This document shows, one piece after another, positions 53,512 through 61,796 of a stretch of DNA of 64,000 nt (positions within the stretch are counted from its first letter, which is position 1; each line of letters opens with the position of its first letter). Under the pieces are notes generated by a model that saw only the letters and a program-made list of their open reading frames with translations, did no database searches and was not told the origin of the DNA. This DNA comes from Eubacteriales bacterium (GTDB taxonomy: Bacteria; Bacillota; Clostridia; Oscillospirales; CAG-272), in contig JAZKYE010000060.1 of assembly GCA_045611965.1 (NCBI GenBank), positions 719 to 64,718 of the forward strand, read 5' to 3'. A program made the position numbers and the translations under genes.

Positions 53512-54642
53512 ATGAGGCTGCTTCACACCTCTGACTTACATATAGGAAAGCGTGTAAACGAGTTTTCTATGATTGATGAGCAGAGCTATATTCTTGACAA
53601 AATCATAGAGGTCATACAGAGTGTCGGTCCTGATGCGTTCGTTATAGCAGGCGACGTTTATGATAAGCCCGTTCCGACCGCCGAGGCGGTAATGCTCTTT
53701 GATGCCTTTTTAACGCGACTTAAGGACCTCGGCGTAAGGACCTTTGTCATTAGCGGAAACCACGACTCGCCCGAGCGCCTCGGCTTTGCCTCTCGCATTA
53801 TCGAGGATGGGGGCATTCATATCCACGGTGTCTATGAGGGCGAGGTAAAAGCCTTTTCACTTCACGACGAGTACGGTGACCTTACGGTATATACTCTGCC
53901 CTTTGTAAAGCCCACCCACGTCAGACGCTATTTCCCCGATGCGACTGTCGAAAGCTACACCGATGCCGTCCGCGTAGCCCTTGACCGCTCGTGCGTGGAT
54001 ACGCAGGGCAGATGCGTGCTTGTGACGCATCAGTTTGTCGGTGGCTCGGCACGGTGTGATTCTGAGGAAATTTCTGTCGGTGGCACGGACAACGTTGACC
54101 CCGATGCGCTTTCGGGATTTGACTATGTGGCGCTCGGACACCTTCACCTCTCACAGCGCGCAGGGGCTGACAATATCAGATATAGCGGCTCACCGCTTAA
54201 ATATTCCTTGTCAGAGGTCGATAATAAAAAGTCGCTCTCTTTGGTTGAAATACGCGAAAAAGGTAAAGTAGAGGTTACAAATATACCGCTTATACCTAAA
54301 ACCGATATGTATGCCATTCGCGGAAAATACGACGAGCTTTGTTCGAGAGATTTTTATCTTGACAAGGATTTCCGTGACGCGTACGTGCATATAACTCTTA
54401 CTGATGAGGACGATATTCCCGATGCTGTAAACAAGCTTCGGGTTATATACAAAAATCTTATGTCGCTCGTTTACGACAACACGAGAACGAGAACAAACGC
54501 AAGGCTTGACGTGGCATTTGACGTCGAGGAAAAGAGCCCGATAGAGCTTTTTGCGGCGCTCTTTGAGGCGCAGAATAACCGTACTATGACAGATACCGAG
54601 CGCGCGGATGTGCTGTGCGAAATCGAGAAGATTTGGGGGTGA
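53512..54642 (+). CDS. sbcD: exonuclease SbcCD, nuclease subunit D (Mre11-like)
   Basis: Calcineurin-like phosphoesterase motifs: LLHTSDLHIG, AGDVYD, SGNHDS, and GHLH. Confidence 0.9.
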   Translation: MRLLHTSDLHIGKRVNEFSMIDEQSYILDKIIEVIQSVGPDAFVIAGDVYDKPVPTAEAVMLFDAFLTRLKDLGVRTFVISGNHDSPERLGFASRIIEDGGIHIHGVYEGEVKAFSLHDEYGDLTVYTLPFVKPTHVRRYFPDATVESYTDAVRVALDRSCVDTQGRCVLVTHQFVGGSARCDSEEISVGGTDNVDPDALSGFDYVALGHLHLSQRAGADNIRYSGSPLKYSLSEVDNKKSLSLVEIREKGKVEVTNIPLIPKTDMYAIRGKYDELCSRDFYLDKDFRDAYVHITLTDEDDIPDAVNKLRVIYKNLMSLVYDNTRTRTNARLDVAFDVEEKSPIELFAALFEAQNNRTMTDTERADVLCEIEKIWG

Positions 54643-54646
54643 GCTG

Positions 54647-57430
54647 ATGCGACCTATAAGACTTGTTATCAGCGCATTTGGCCCTTATGCCAATAGGACG
54701 GAAATAGACCTTGGCTCGCTCGGCAAAAGCGGAATTTATCTCATCTGCGGTCCTACGGGCGCAGGAAAGACTTCTATCTTCGATGCGATATGCTACGCGC
54801 TTTTCTCATATGCGTCGGGTAGCGTCAGGGATGCGTCAATGCTACGCGCAAGAGGTGCGTCGCCTGCAGTTAAAACTGAGGTCGAGCTTGACTTCATTTA
54901 CAAGGACAAGCTCTACCGAGTTCGCCGCAGCCCCGAGTATATGCGCCCAAAGACAAAGGGCGACGGGCTTACCAAGGAACGTGCGTCAGCCGAGCTTATT
55001 CTTCCTGACGGTGCGCGTGTTGACGGTGTGAATGAGGTCAACGCGAAAATTATAGAGCTTCTCGGTGTTGACCGCAGTCAGTTCTCGCAAATCGCTATGA
55101 TAGCGCAGGGGGATTTTCAGAAGCTTCTTATAGCCCCCACCGATGAAAGAAAGAAAATCTTTCAGAAGATATTTAACACAGACAGCTTCTATCGGCTTCA
55201 GGAAAATCTTAAGCAAAGATATAGCGAGCTTAACGATAAATGCCGTGAGCTTGACGCATCCATAGCGCAGTACATTGCGGGCGTTGTGCAGGACGGCGAC
55301 GGTGCTTGTGAAATGCCTATTGCAGGTATGCCCTACGGCGAGGCAGTATTGGCCGTTGAAGGGCTTATCGAAAAGGATTTGGCGGCATTTGCCGAGTGCG
55401 AGAGAGCCATCGGTGAGCTTGCGGTGAAGCAGAGCGAGCACGACGCGAGGTGCGAGGCAGAAAAAAGACGAGCCGAGGCGCGTGCTTCTTTTTGCGAGGC
55501 AAGACAAATGCTCTCGTCACTCGGCGAGAAAAGAGTGACGCTTAACGAGGCATATAAAATCGCTGTGGCAAGAGAGTCTGAAATAACTGCGCTCTCTGAA
55601 AGGATAGCGCTTGCAAGGGCTTTGCTTTCGGATTACGGTGAGCTTGAAGGACTTGTAAATTCTCTTGCTAAAATTAATGACGAGCAGGTGGCGCTTGATA
55701 AGAGAATAGAGACGCTTCGTGACGAGGTCGCAAGCACCGACGGAAAAATCGCGTCCGACGAGCAGACCGTCAAGGAAGCAGGCGCGGCTAATTCCCGTTT
55801 GCTTGAGCTTGCAGAAGAGATTTTGGGCGCAGAAAAAATTATCGAGCAGTGCCGCCGGATGACCGCCCTTCTTGACGAGGTGGCGGATGCCGAAGCTAAT
55901 GCTTTTATCCTCGCTGAAAAATATATGCGAAAGAGAAATGAGGAATCCGCGGCGGCGCAGAAATACAGCGCCGTCTACCGCGCATATCTTGACGCGCAGG
56001 CAGGAATTATCGCAAAAGGACTTGTGGCGGCAGAGCCCTGCCCCGTTTGCGGCTCGACTACGCATCCTGCGCCATGCAAGCTTGCAGAGTCAGCGCCCAC
56101 CGCCGCCGAGGTTGATGCGGCAAAAGACGAGCACGATATAGCAAGGCGCGAGCTTTCGGCCGTGAGCGCAGAGTCAGGCCGTGCAGGCGGTATTCTTGAT
56201 GAAAAAAGACAGCTTGCGAGCGAGAGAGCGGATGCGCTTTTCGGTGACGGATGGCGTGGTGAAAATTCGCCCGAGGACGCGCTTATGGCAGGTGAACTAC
56301 GCGCTATGACAGAGCGCAAGCTTTGCGAGCACACCGAGCTTTATACCTCACTCTCGCACGAGAGGACAGAGAAGAAGGCAAAGGCTGACGCTGGCGCTCT
56401 TGCAGAGGCAAGACTTGACGAGCTTAAAAACAAAAGAGTCTCGCTTGAAACGGATATAAAGGCAGGCGAGGTCAGCCTTGCCGAGCTTAATGCTAAACGC
56501 GGCGCAACCGAGAAAACCAAAGAGCAGCTTCGCGCAAGACTTGAATACGAAAGTAAAAAAGATGCCGAGGATGCTATTAATAGTTTACAAAACACCCAAA
56601 AAGAGATAGAGCTCGCTATCGACAGCGCAAAGAATGCTCTTGTCGAATGTGAAAATGAAATCGCAAGGCAGACGGGAATTGCCGAGCAGGCAAGGGCTCT
56701 TAGCGAAGCGCCCGATGCAACGGATGCCGATGCGCTTATGGCAGAGGGGCTTGCGCTTGATGAGCAGAGGCGTGCGCTGACGGAAGCTCACCTTGCGCTT
56801 CATTCGAAAATCAGTGCAAATCGCACGGCGCTTTCAGGGCTTAAATCAAGCCTTGACAAGGCAGAGGTGCTTGACAAAGAAAGGGTGACGGCAAAGCTTC
56901 TTTACGAAACTGCGGGCGGTATGCTTTCAGGCAAGGAAAAGATGAGCCTTGAAGCGTACGTTCAGGGCGCTTTCTTTGACCGAATTATAGCACGCGCCAA
57001 CACGCGCCTTATGGTTATGAGCTCGGGGCAGTACGAGCTTGTCCGTCGCACCGAGGCGCTCGGCAACCGTTCGCAAAGCGGTCTTGAGCTTGACGTTGTT
57101 GACCACTTTACGGCATCAAGCAGAAGCGTGCGTACACTTTCCGGCGGCGAGAGCTTTATGGCATCGCTTTCGCTCGCACTCGGCTTGTCCGACGAGATAC
57201 AGTCGCGCTCGGGCGGCATACAGCTTGATACTTTGTTTGTTGACGAGGGCTTTGGTACGCTTGATGAGAATACGCTTGAATACGCCCTTCGCGCCCTTGG
57301 CGAGCTTTCCGTGGGCGGCAGGCTTGTCGGAATTATATCCCACGTCGGTGAGCTTCGTCAGAGGATAGATAAGCAGCTTATCGTCAGCAAGGATAAAAGC
57401 GGAATCAGCCACGTTAAGGTTTGTGTTTAA
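54647..57430 (+). CDS. sbcC: exonuclease SbcCD, ATPase subunit C (Rad50-like)
   Basis: Walker A CGPTGAGKTSIFDAI. Long coiled coil with a zinc hook, CPVCGS. The C-terminus carries LSGGESF (signature) and LFVDEGFGTLD (Walker B). The ATG at 54647 follows GGGGGTGAG. Confidence 0.9.
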   Translation: MRPIRLVISAFGPYANRTEIDLGSLGKSGIYLICGPTGAGKTSIFDAICYALFSYASGSVRDASMLRARGASPAVKTEVELDFIYKDKLYRVRRSPEYMRPKTKGDGLTKERASAELILPDGARVDGVNEVNAKIIELLGVDRSQFSQIAMIAQGDFQKLLIAPTDERKKIFQKIFNTDSFYRLQENLKQRYSELNDKCRELDASIAQYIAGVVQDGDGACEMPIAGMPYGEAVLAVEGLIEKDLAAFAECERAIGELAVKQSEHDARCEAEKRRAEARASFCEARQMLSSLGEKRVTLNEAYKIAVARESEITALSERIALARALLSDYGELEGLVNSLAKINDEQVALDKRIETLRDEVASTDGKIASDEQTVKEAGAANSRLLELAEEILGAEKIIEQCRRMTALLDEVADAEANAFILAEKYMRKRNEESAAAQKYSAVYRAYLDAQAGIIAKGLVAAEPCPVCGSTTHPAPCKLAESAPTAAEVDAAKDEHDIARRELSAVSAESGRAGGILDEKRQLASERADALFGDGWRGENSPEDALMAGELRAMTERKLCEHTELYTSLSHERTEKKAKADAGALAEARLDELKNKRVSLETDIKAGEVSLAELNAKRGATEKTKEQLRARLEYESKKDAEDAINSLQNTQKEIELAIDSAKNALVECENEIARQTGIAEQARALSEAPDATDADALMAEGLALDEQRRALTEAHLALHSKISANRTALSGLKSSLDKAEVLDKERVTAKLLYETAGGMLSGKEKMSLEAYVQGAFFDRIIARANTRLMVMSSGQYELVRRTEALGNRSQSGLELDVVDHFTASSRSVRTLSGGESFMASLSLALGLSDEIQSRSGGIQLDTLFVDEGFGTLDENTLEYALRALGELSVGGRLVGIISHVGELRQRIDKQLIVSKDKSGISHVKVCV

Positions 57431-57446
57431 GCGGTAGGCATCTCAC

Positions 57447-57475
57447 TTGACAAACTGTGTCAGGTTGTTTAAAAT
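57447..57475 (+). promoter_or_regulatory. sigma-A type promoter of the chimeric AAA+ protease gene
   Basis: TTGACA (57447-57452), 17-nt spacer, TAAAAT (57470-57475). The TTG used as the ORF-track start is this -35 box. Confidence 0.55.
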
Positions 57476-57536
57476 AGATATATCTTTAAAATATTTTTGC
57501 GCGAGCTTTGCGCGTAAAAGGAAACGGAGAACGGTT

Positions 57537-60500
57537 ATGCTTAAAAAGAGTAGGCTTACGGAATACTGTCTTGAGCTTTCGCAGAAAATTGCCAAGGTGC
57601 TCGATATAAAGGGTGTGTCTGCAAACGTATTCACTCTTGCCGCCTTGAAGCTTTATATGGATTATAAGAACGGAAAAATGCCGGAGAGCTTTGATTCCTC
57701 GCAGGATAAGGCAGAGATGGCAGAGTTTGTAAAAGAGGTTGATGCAAACGGCATTAACGCCGGCGATATGAGCCAAAGGCTTAAGGATAATATCAAGCGC
57801 CCCGGCGCGGTCAGCGGCTTTATGGACGTTTATAACTTCGGCAAGGTGCACGATAACGCAAACCTGCTTGCAGAAAAAAGAGGGGCCTCTGAGATTTCTC
57901 TTACGCACTATATCAGCGTGATACTTGCATACCCCACCGACTACATAAAGGCGGCTATGAAGCCCGAGGAAAAGAGCAGCGAGGATTTCTTCGCTGATTT
58001 CCCATCCCTTCGCCATATGTTTGAAGCAGACCCCGAAAGCGAGGACAAGGCAGAGGCAGAGGAAGAGGCTTCGCCCGAGAAGCAGACGGTGGCTCAAACG
58101 GTAGCAGAGCCTGATGAAAAGGGCGGCGACAACCTTAAAGCGGCGCTTGCGAAAACGCAAGAGGTCAGAGCGGCACTTCTTGAAAACGTGTTCGGTCAGG
58201 ACGGCGCTATCAACACCTTTGCGACGGGATATTTCAGGTCACTCGTTATGGCAGGGGATAAGAAGAAGTCGGCAAAGCCTGCCGCAACCTTCCTCTTTGC
58301 AGGCCCCCCCGGTGTAGGAAAGACCTACCTTTCCGAAACCTTCGCGCAGAGCTTGGGGCTTCCCTTCAAGCGCTTTGATATGAGTGAGTATTCCGACTCA
58401 CAGCAGTCGGTCAACGAGTTTACGGGCAACGACGGCTCTTATAAGAATGCAAAAGAGGGTAACGTTACAGGCTTCGTAATGAAGAACCCCAAGTGCGTGC
58501 TTCTCTTTGACGAGATAGAAAAGGCGCATCTGTCGGTTATCTATCTTTTCTTACAGATTCTTGACGCAGGCAGGCTTCGCGATTCCTACTGCGACAAAGA
58601 GGTATCGTTTACCGACACTATAATAATCTTCACCACCAACGCAGGCAAGACGCTCTACGAGGGCAACGATTCGACCAACCTCTCGTCTATCCCGAAGAAA
58701 ACCATCATCAAGGCGCTTGGCGAGGATAAAAATCCCAACACCAAGGACCCGATTTTCCCCGCGGCAATTCTTTCGCGCTTCGCCGCAGGTAACGTGGTTA
58801 TGTTCAACCACCTTGGCGCAAACCACCTTTATACTATTGCCAAGCGAGAGCTTCAAAAGAACGTCGCGCTTATTGCAGGACAGTCCGAGGTTAGCGTTGA
58901 GATAGAGGACAAGGTCGCAAGCACCATACTTCTTGCAGAGGGTGGAAATGCCGACGCGAGAACGGTTTGCGGAAGGGCAAACGCGTTCTTCCACGAAGAG
59001 CTTTTTGAGCTTCTTCGCCTTGTAAATCAGAGTGACGGTTCAGCACTTTCAAGGATTCGCAAAATCAAGGTTTCGCTTGACCTTGAAAACACACCCAAGG
59101 GTGTTATGGATTTGCTTGAAAACGATAAGACACCCGAGGTGCTTATCTTTGCATCACCTGAAAAGGCAGAGATTTGCAAACAAAAAATTACAAATGCTAA
59201 TGTTTATACAGCAAATACAATAGCAAAGGCAAAGGATATACTCTTTAAACGTGATATATCAATCGTGCTTTGTGATGTGTTCTATATGCCAAAGACCAAG
59301 GGCAAGAGTATGCTTAATGCAGAGGATATTTCATCCCTCGGACGCGACTTCCTCAGCTTCGTGCTTGACGGATATCAGAACGCGGTATATGTTCTTTGCG
59401 ACAAGCGCGACCAGATAAGCGCAGAGGAACAGTTCTCATTCTCGAAGATGGGCGTGCGCGATGCTATCGTGCTTGACGGTAATTTTGCCGAGCGCGTTGA
59501 CCTTGAGTGTGATATTGCCTACCGTCAGCAGAGTATGCTAAAGCTTGCGCGTGAGAACCGAGTTCTTTGCTACAAGACATATCAGTCGGTAAGCGAGGAC
59601 GGTGCGTGCGCGCAGATATCCGTCTACGGACTTTCTCTTAAAATTTCCGCAGAATCCACCGATGCAAAATACATTCTCGACGGTGTGTCGAAGCCCAATA
59701 TCCGCTTTGACGACGTCATCGGTGCTAAGGATGCAAAGGAAGAGCTTGGCTACTTCGTTGACTACCTTAAAAACCCCGTCAAGTTCCTTCGTATGGGTGT
59801 AAGAGCGCCCCGAGGTGTTCTTCTTTACGGCCCCCCCGGCACGGGTAAGACTATGCTTGCCAAGGCGGTTGCAGGCGAGAGTGACGTTACCTTTATCGTT
59901 GCAGAGGGCAACCAGTTTGTTGACAGTCATATAGGTGAGGGCGCAAAAAAGGTGCACGACATCTTCCGTACCGCAAGACGCTATGCGCCGTCTATTCTGT
60001 TTATCGACGAGATAGATTCCATCGCAAAGGACAGAATGCACTCGTCGGGCTCTGTGCAGAGCGACGTGCTCAACGCATTCCTCACCGAGCTTGACGGCTT
60101 TAAGTCAGACACCTCTCGTCCTGTATTTCTGCTTGCCGCGACCAATTACGGTGTTAAGGCAGGCGGTGACTGCGCGCTTGACGGTGCGCTTCTTCGTCGC
60201 TTTGACAGAAGAATTTACGTTGACCTTCCCACCAAGGACGAGCGCCGTCAGTATATAACGATGAAGGTTAAGTCGAATAAGATTATCGACCTTTCCGACG
60301 AGCAGATAGACTCTATTGCAGAGCGTGCTGTGGGTATGTCGCTCGCATCGCTTGAATCGGTAATTGAGCTTGCAATGCGTAACGCCATTCGCTCGAAGGC
60401 AGGCAAGGTCGGTGACGTCGAATTCGACGAGGCGTTTGAAACCTTCGGCTACGGCGAGAAGCGTGAGTGGGATAAGAGCGAGCTTACCCGTACCGCAAGG

Positions 60501-61010
60501 CACGAGGCCGGCCACGCGCTTCTCAGCTGGCTTGGCGGTGATAAGCCGACCTATCTTACCGTCGTTGCACGCGGCGATTTTGGCGGATATATGAAGCGCG
60601 GTGAAAACGAGGGCAAGGGAAGCTACACCAAGGACGACCTTCTTGCGCTTGTACGCACAAGCCTTGCAGGACGCGCCGCGGAGCTCGTTTACTACGGTGA
60701 GCGCGAGGGCGTGACAACCGGACCGAGCGCGGATTTACAGCGCGCGACCTATATCTGCGAGAGTATGATATGCTCGTACGGTATGTATCCCGAGTTCGGC
60801 TTGTCCTCGGTTGACGAGAAAATGATTGGCTGTGAGGAAGCGGTGCGCGCAAAGGTCAACGATATTCTCTTTGAACAGCTTGAAATTGCCAAGAGAACCG
60901 TTGACGAAAACCGCGCTGTAATCGACGCGCTCGTTTCGGCACTCGTCGAGAAGAATCAGCTTCGCGCTGACGAAATAGATGCGATTATTGCAGGCAATCT
61001 CAAAAAGTGA
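57537..61010 (+). CDS. chimeric soluble AAA+ protease: Clp N-domain-like repeats + Clp D2-type AAA module + FtsH-type AAA module + M41 zinc peptidase
   Basis: The ATG at 57537 follows GGAGA. The Clp-D2-like block is VFGQD.AI..FLFAGPPGVGKT (58302-58325) ..FDMSEY..VLLFDEIEKAH..LQILDAGRLRD..IIIFTTNAG. The FtsH-like block is LLYGPPGTGKT (59829-59852), ILFIDEIDS, ALLRRFDRR. The M41 motifs are HEAGH (60501-60515) and GPSADLQRAT. There is no hydrophobic TM segment at the N-terminus. Confidence 0.85.
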   Translation: MLKKSRLTEYCLELSQKIAKVLDIKGVSANVFTLAALKLYMDYKNGKMPESFDSSQDKAEMAEFVKEVDANGINAGDMSQRLKDNIKRPGAVSGFMDVYNFGKVHDNANLLAEKRGASEISLTHYISVILAYPTDYIKAAMKPEEKSSEDFFADFPSLRHMFEADPESEDKAEAEEEASPEKQTVAQTVAEPDEKGGDNLKAALAKTQEVRAALLENVFGQDGAINTFATGYFRSLVMAGDKKKSAKPAATFLFAGPPGVGKTYLSETFAQSLGLPFKRFDMSEYSDSQQSVNEFTGNDGSYKNAKEGNVTGFVMKNPKCVLLFDEIEKAHLSVIYLFLQILDAGRLRDSYCDKEVSFTDTIIIFTTNAGKTLYEGNDSTNLSSIPKKTIIKALGEDKNPNTKDPIFPAAILSRFAAGNVVMFNHLGANHLYTIAKRELQKNVALIAGQSEVSVEIEDKVASTILLAEGGNADARTVCGRANAFFHEELFELLRLVNQSDGSALSRIRKIKVSLDLENTPKGVMDLLENDKTPEVLIFASPEKAEICKQKITNANVYTANTIAKAKDILFKRDISIVLCDVFYMPKTKGKSMLNAEDISSLGRDFLSFVLDGYQNAVYVLCDKRDQISAEEQFSFSKMGVRDAIVLDGNFAERVDLECDIAYRQQSMLKLARENRVLCYKTYQSVSEDGACAQISVYGLSLKISAESTDAKYILDGVSKPNIRFDDVIGAKDAKEELGYFVDYLKNPVKFLRMGVRAPRGVLLYGPPGTGKTMLAKAVAGESDVTFIVAEGNQFVDSHIGEGAKKVHDIFRTARRYAPSILFIDEIDSIAKDRMHSSGSVQSDVLNAFLTELDGFKSDTSRPVFLLAATNYGVKAGGDCALDGALLRRFDRRIYVDLPTKDERRQYITMKVKSNKIIDLSDEQIDSIAERAVGMSLASLESVIELAMRNAIRSKAGKVGDVEFDEAFETFGYGEKREWDKSELTRTARHEAGHALLSWLGGDKPTYLTVVARGDFGGYMKRGENEGKGSYTKDDLLALVRTSLAGRAAELVYYGEREGVTTGPSADLQRATYICESMICSYGMYPEFGLSSVDEKMIGCEEAVRAKVNDILFEQLEIAKRTVDENRAVIDALVSALVEKNQLRADEIDAIIAGNLKK

Positions 61011-61029
61011 TATACCTTGATAAAACGTA

Positions 61030-61058
61030 TTGACATTCGCACGCGTCGGGTGTAAAAT
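61030..61058 (+). promoter_or_regulatory. sigma-A type promoter of the YbjN-like gene
   Basis: TTGACA (61030-61035), 17-nt spacer, TAAAAT (61053-61058). Confidence 0.55.
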
Positions 61059-61123
61059 AATATTAATGATGAGCGCAGGGGCACAACGCCCCGCGTAATA
61101 AAATAAAAATAAGGAGATAATTT

Positions 61124-61594
61124 ATGGGAAACGAAAACAAGGCAAGAGAAGTGTATAATTCGCTCGTTGCGATGCTTAACGAGAGAGATTGGAACTTTGC
61201 ACAGGATGATGAGAAGATGTTTATCAGCGCGTCTATCCGCGGCGAGGATCTTCCCGTAGAGTTTATAATGAGAGTTATGCCTGACTACGACGTAGTTCAG
61301 CTGCGTTCAAAGCTTCAGTTTAATATGCCCGAGGACAAGAGGATTGAGGGCGCTATTGCGACTTCCGTTGCAAACTACGGAATGATCAACGGCTCGTTTG
61401 ATTACGATATCAACGACGGTGAGGTTGCGTTCAGACTTACCACCTCTTACACAAACTCTGTGCTCTCGTACGACCTTCTTGAGAAGATGATTTATGTTTC
61501 GGCGTCCACCGTTGACCGCTACAACGACAGATTCTTTATGCTTGCAAAGGGTATGATGACCCTTGAGGATTTCATCAAGAAGGATAACGAGTAA
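61124..61594 (+). CDS. YbjN-like (type III secretion chaperone-like fold) small cytoplasmic protein
   Basis: 156 aa. The layout (..RDWNFAQDDEKMFISASIRGEDLPVEFIMRVMPDYDVVQLRS..) fits my recollection of the YbjN / putative sensory transduction regulator family. RBS AAGGAGA. Confidence 0.6.
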   Translation: MGNENKAREVYNSLVAMLNERDWNFAQDDEKMFISASIRGEDLPVEFIMRVMPDYDVVQLRSKLQFNMPEDKRIEGAIATSVANYGMINGSFDYDINDGEVAFRLTTSYTNSVLSYDLLEKMIYVSASTVDRYNDRFFMLAKGMMTLEDFIKKDNE

Positions 61595-61633
61595 GCTCAA
61601 CCTTGAATTTATCTTGCATTACAATACTTAATT

Positions 61634-61683
61634 AGCAGCGGCGCGGATTGCCTGATAAAGCAGGATTCTGCGTCGCTGCTTTT
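61634..61683 (+). terminator. compound hairpin, weak terminator candidate after the YbjN-like gene
   Basis: agcagcg (61634-61640) pairs with cgctgct (61674-61680), enclosing an inner cctg/cagg stem. It is followed only by TTT. Confidence 0.35.
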
Positions 61684-61796
61684 AATAAAGGTGTCGAAAA
61701 ATCTGCAATATTAATCAGAAAAAACGGCATTAATAATAACCATTATTTACATATAGAAGCATTTTGGCTTAACCAAACAAGAAAGGGGTGACGCTT

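Noticed and set aside
53512-57430. SbcCD considered as part of a defence or novel system, given its position next to the chimeric protease
   Set aside because: It is a canonical Mre11/Rad50-type housekeeping nuclease pair with all standard motifs and overlapping genes. It is separated from the next gene by its own stop and a new promoter.
61071-61103. GC-rich hairpin (gcaggggc..gccccgc) between the protease gene and the YbjN-like gene, considered as a terminator
   Set aside because: It is followed by an A-rich tract rather than a U-rich one, and it lies downstream of the YbjN-like gene promoter. It is more likely a 5' UTR structure, and the evidence is insufficient to call it a regulatory element.
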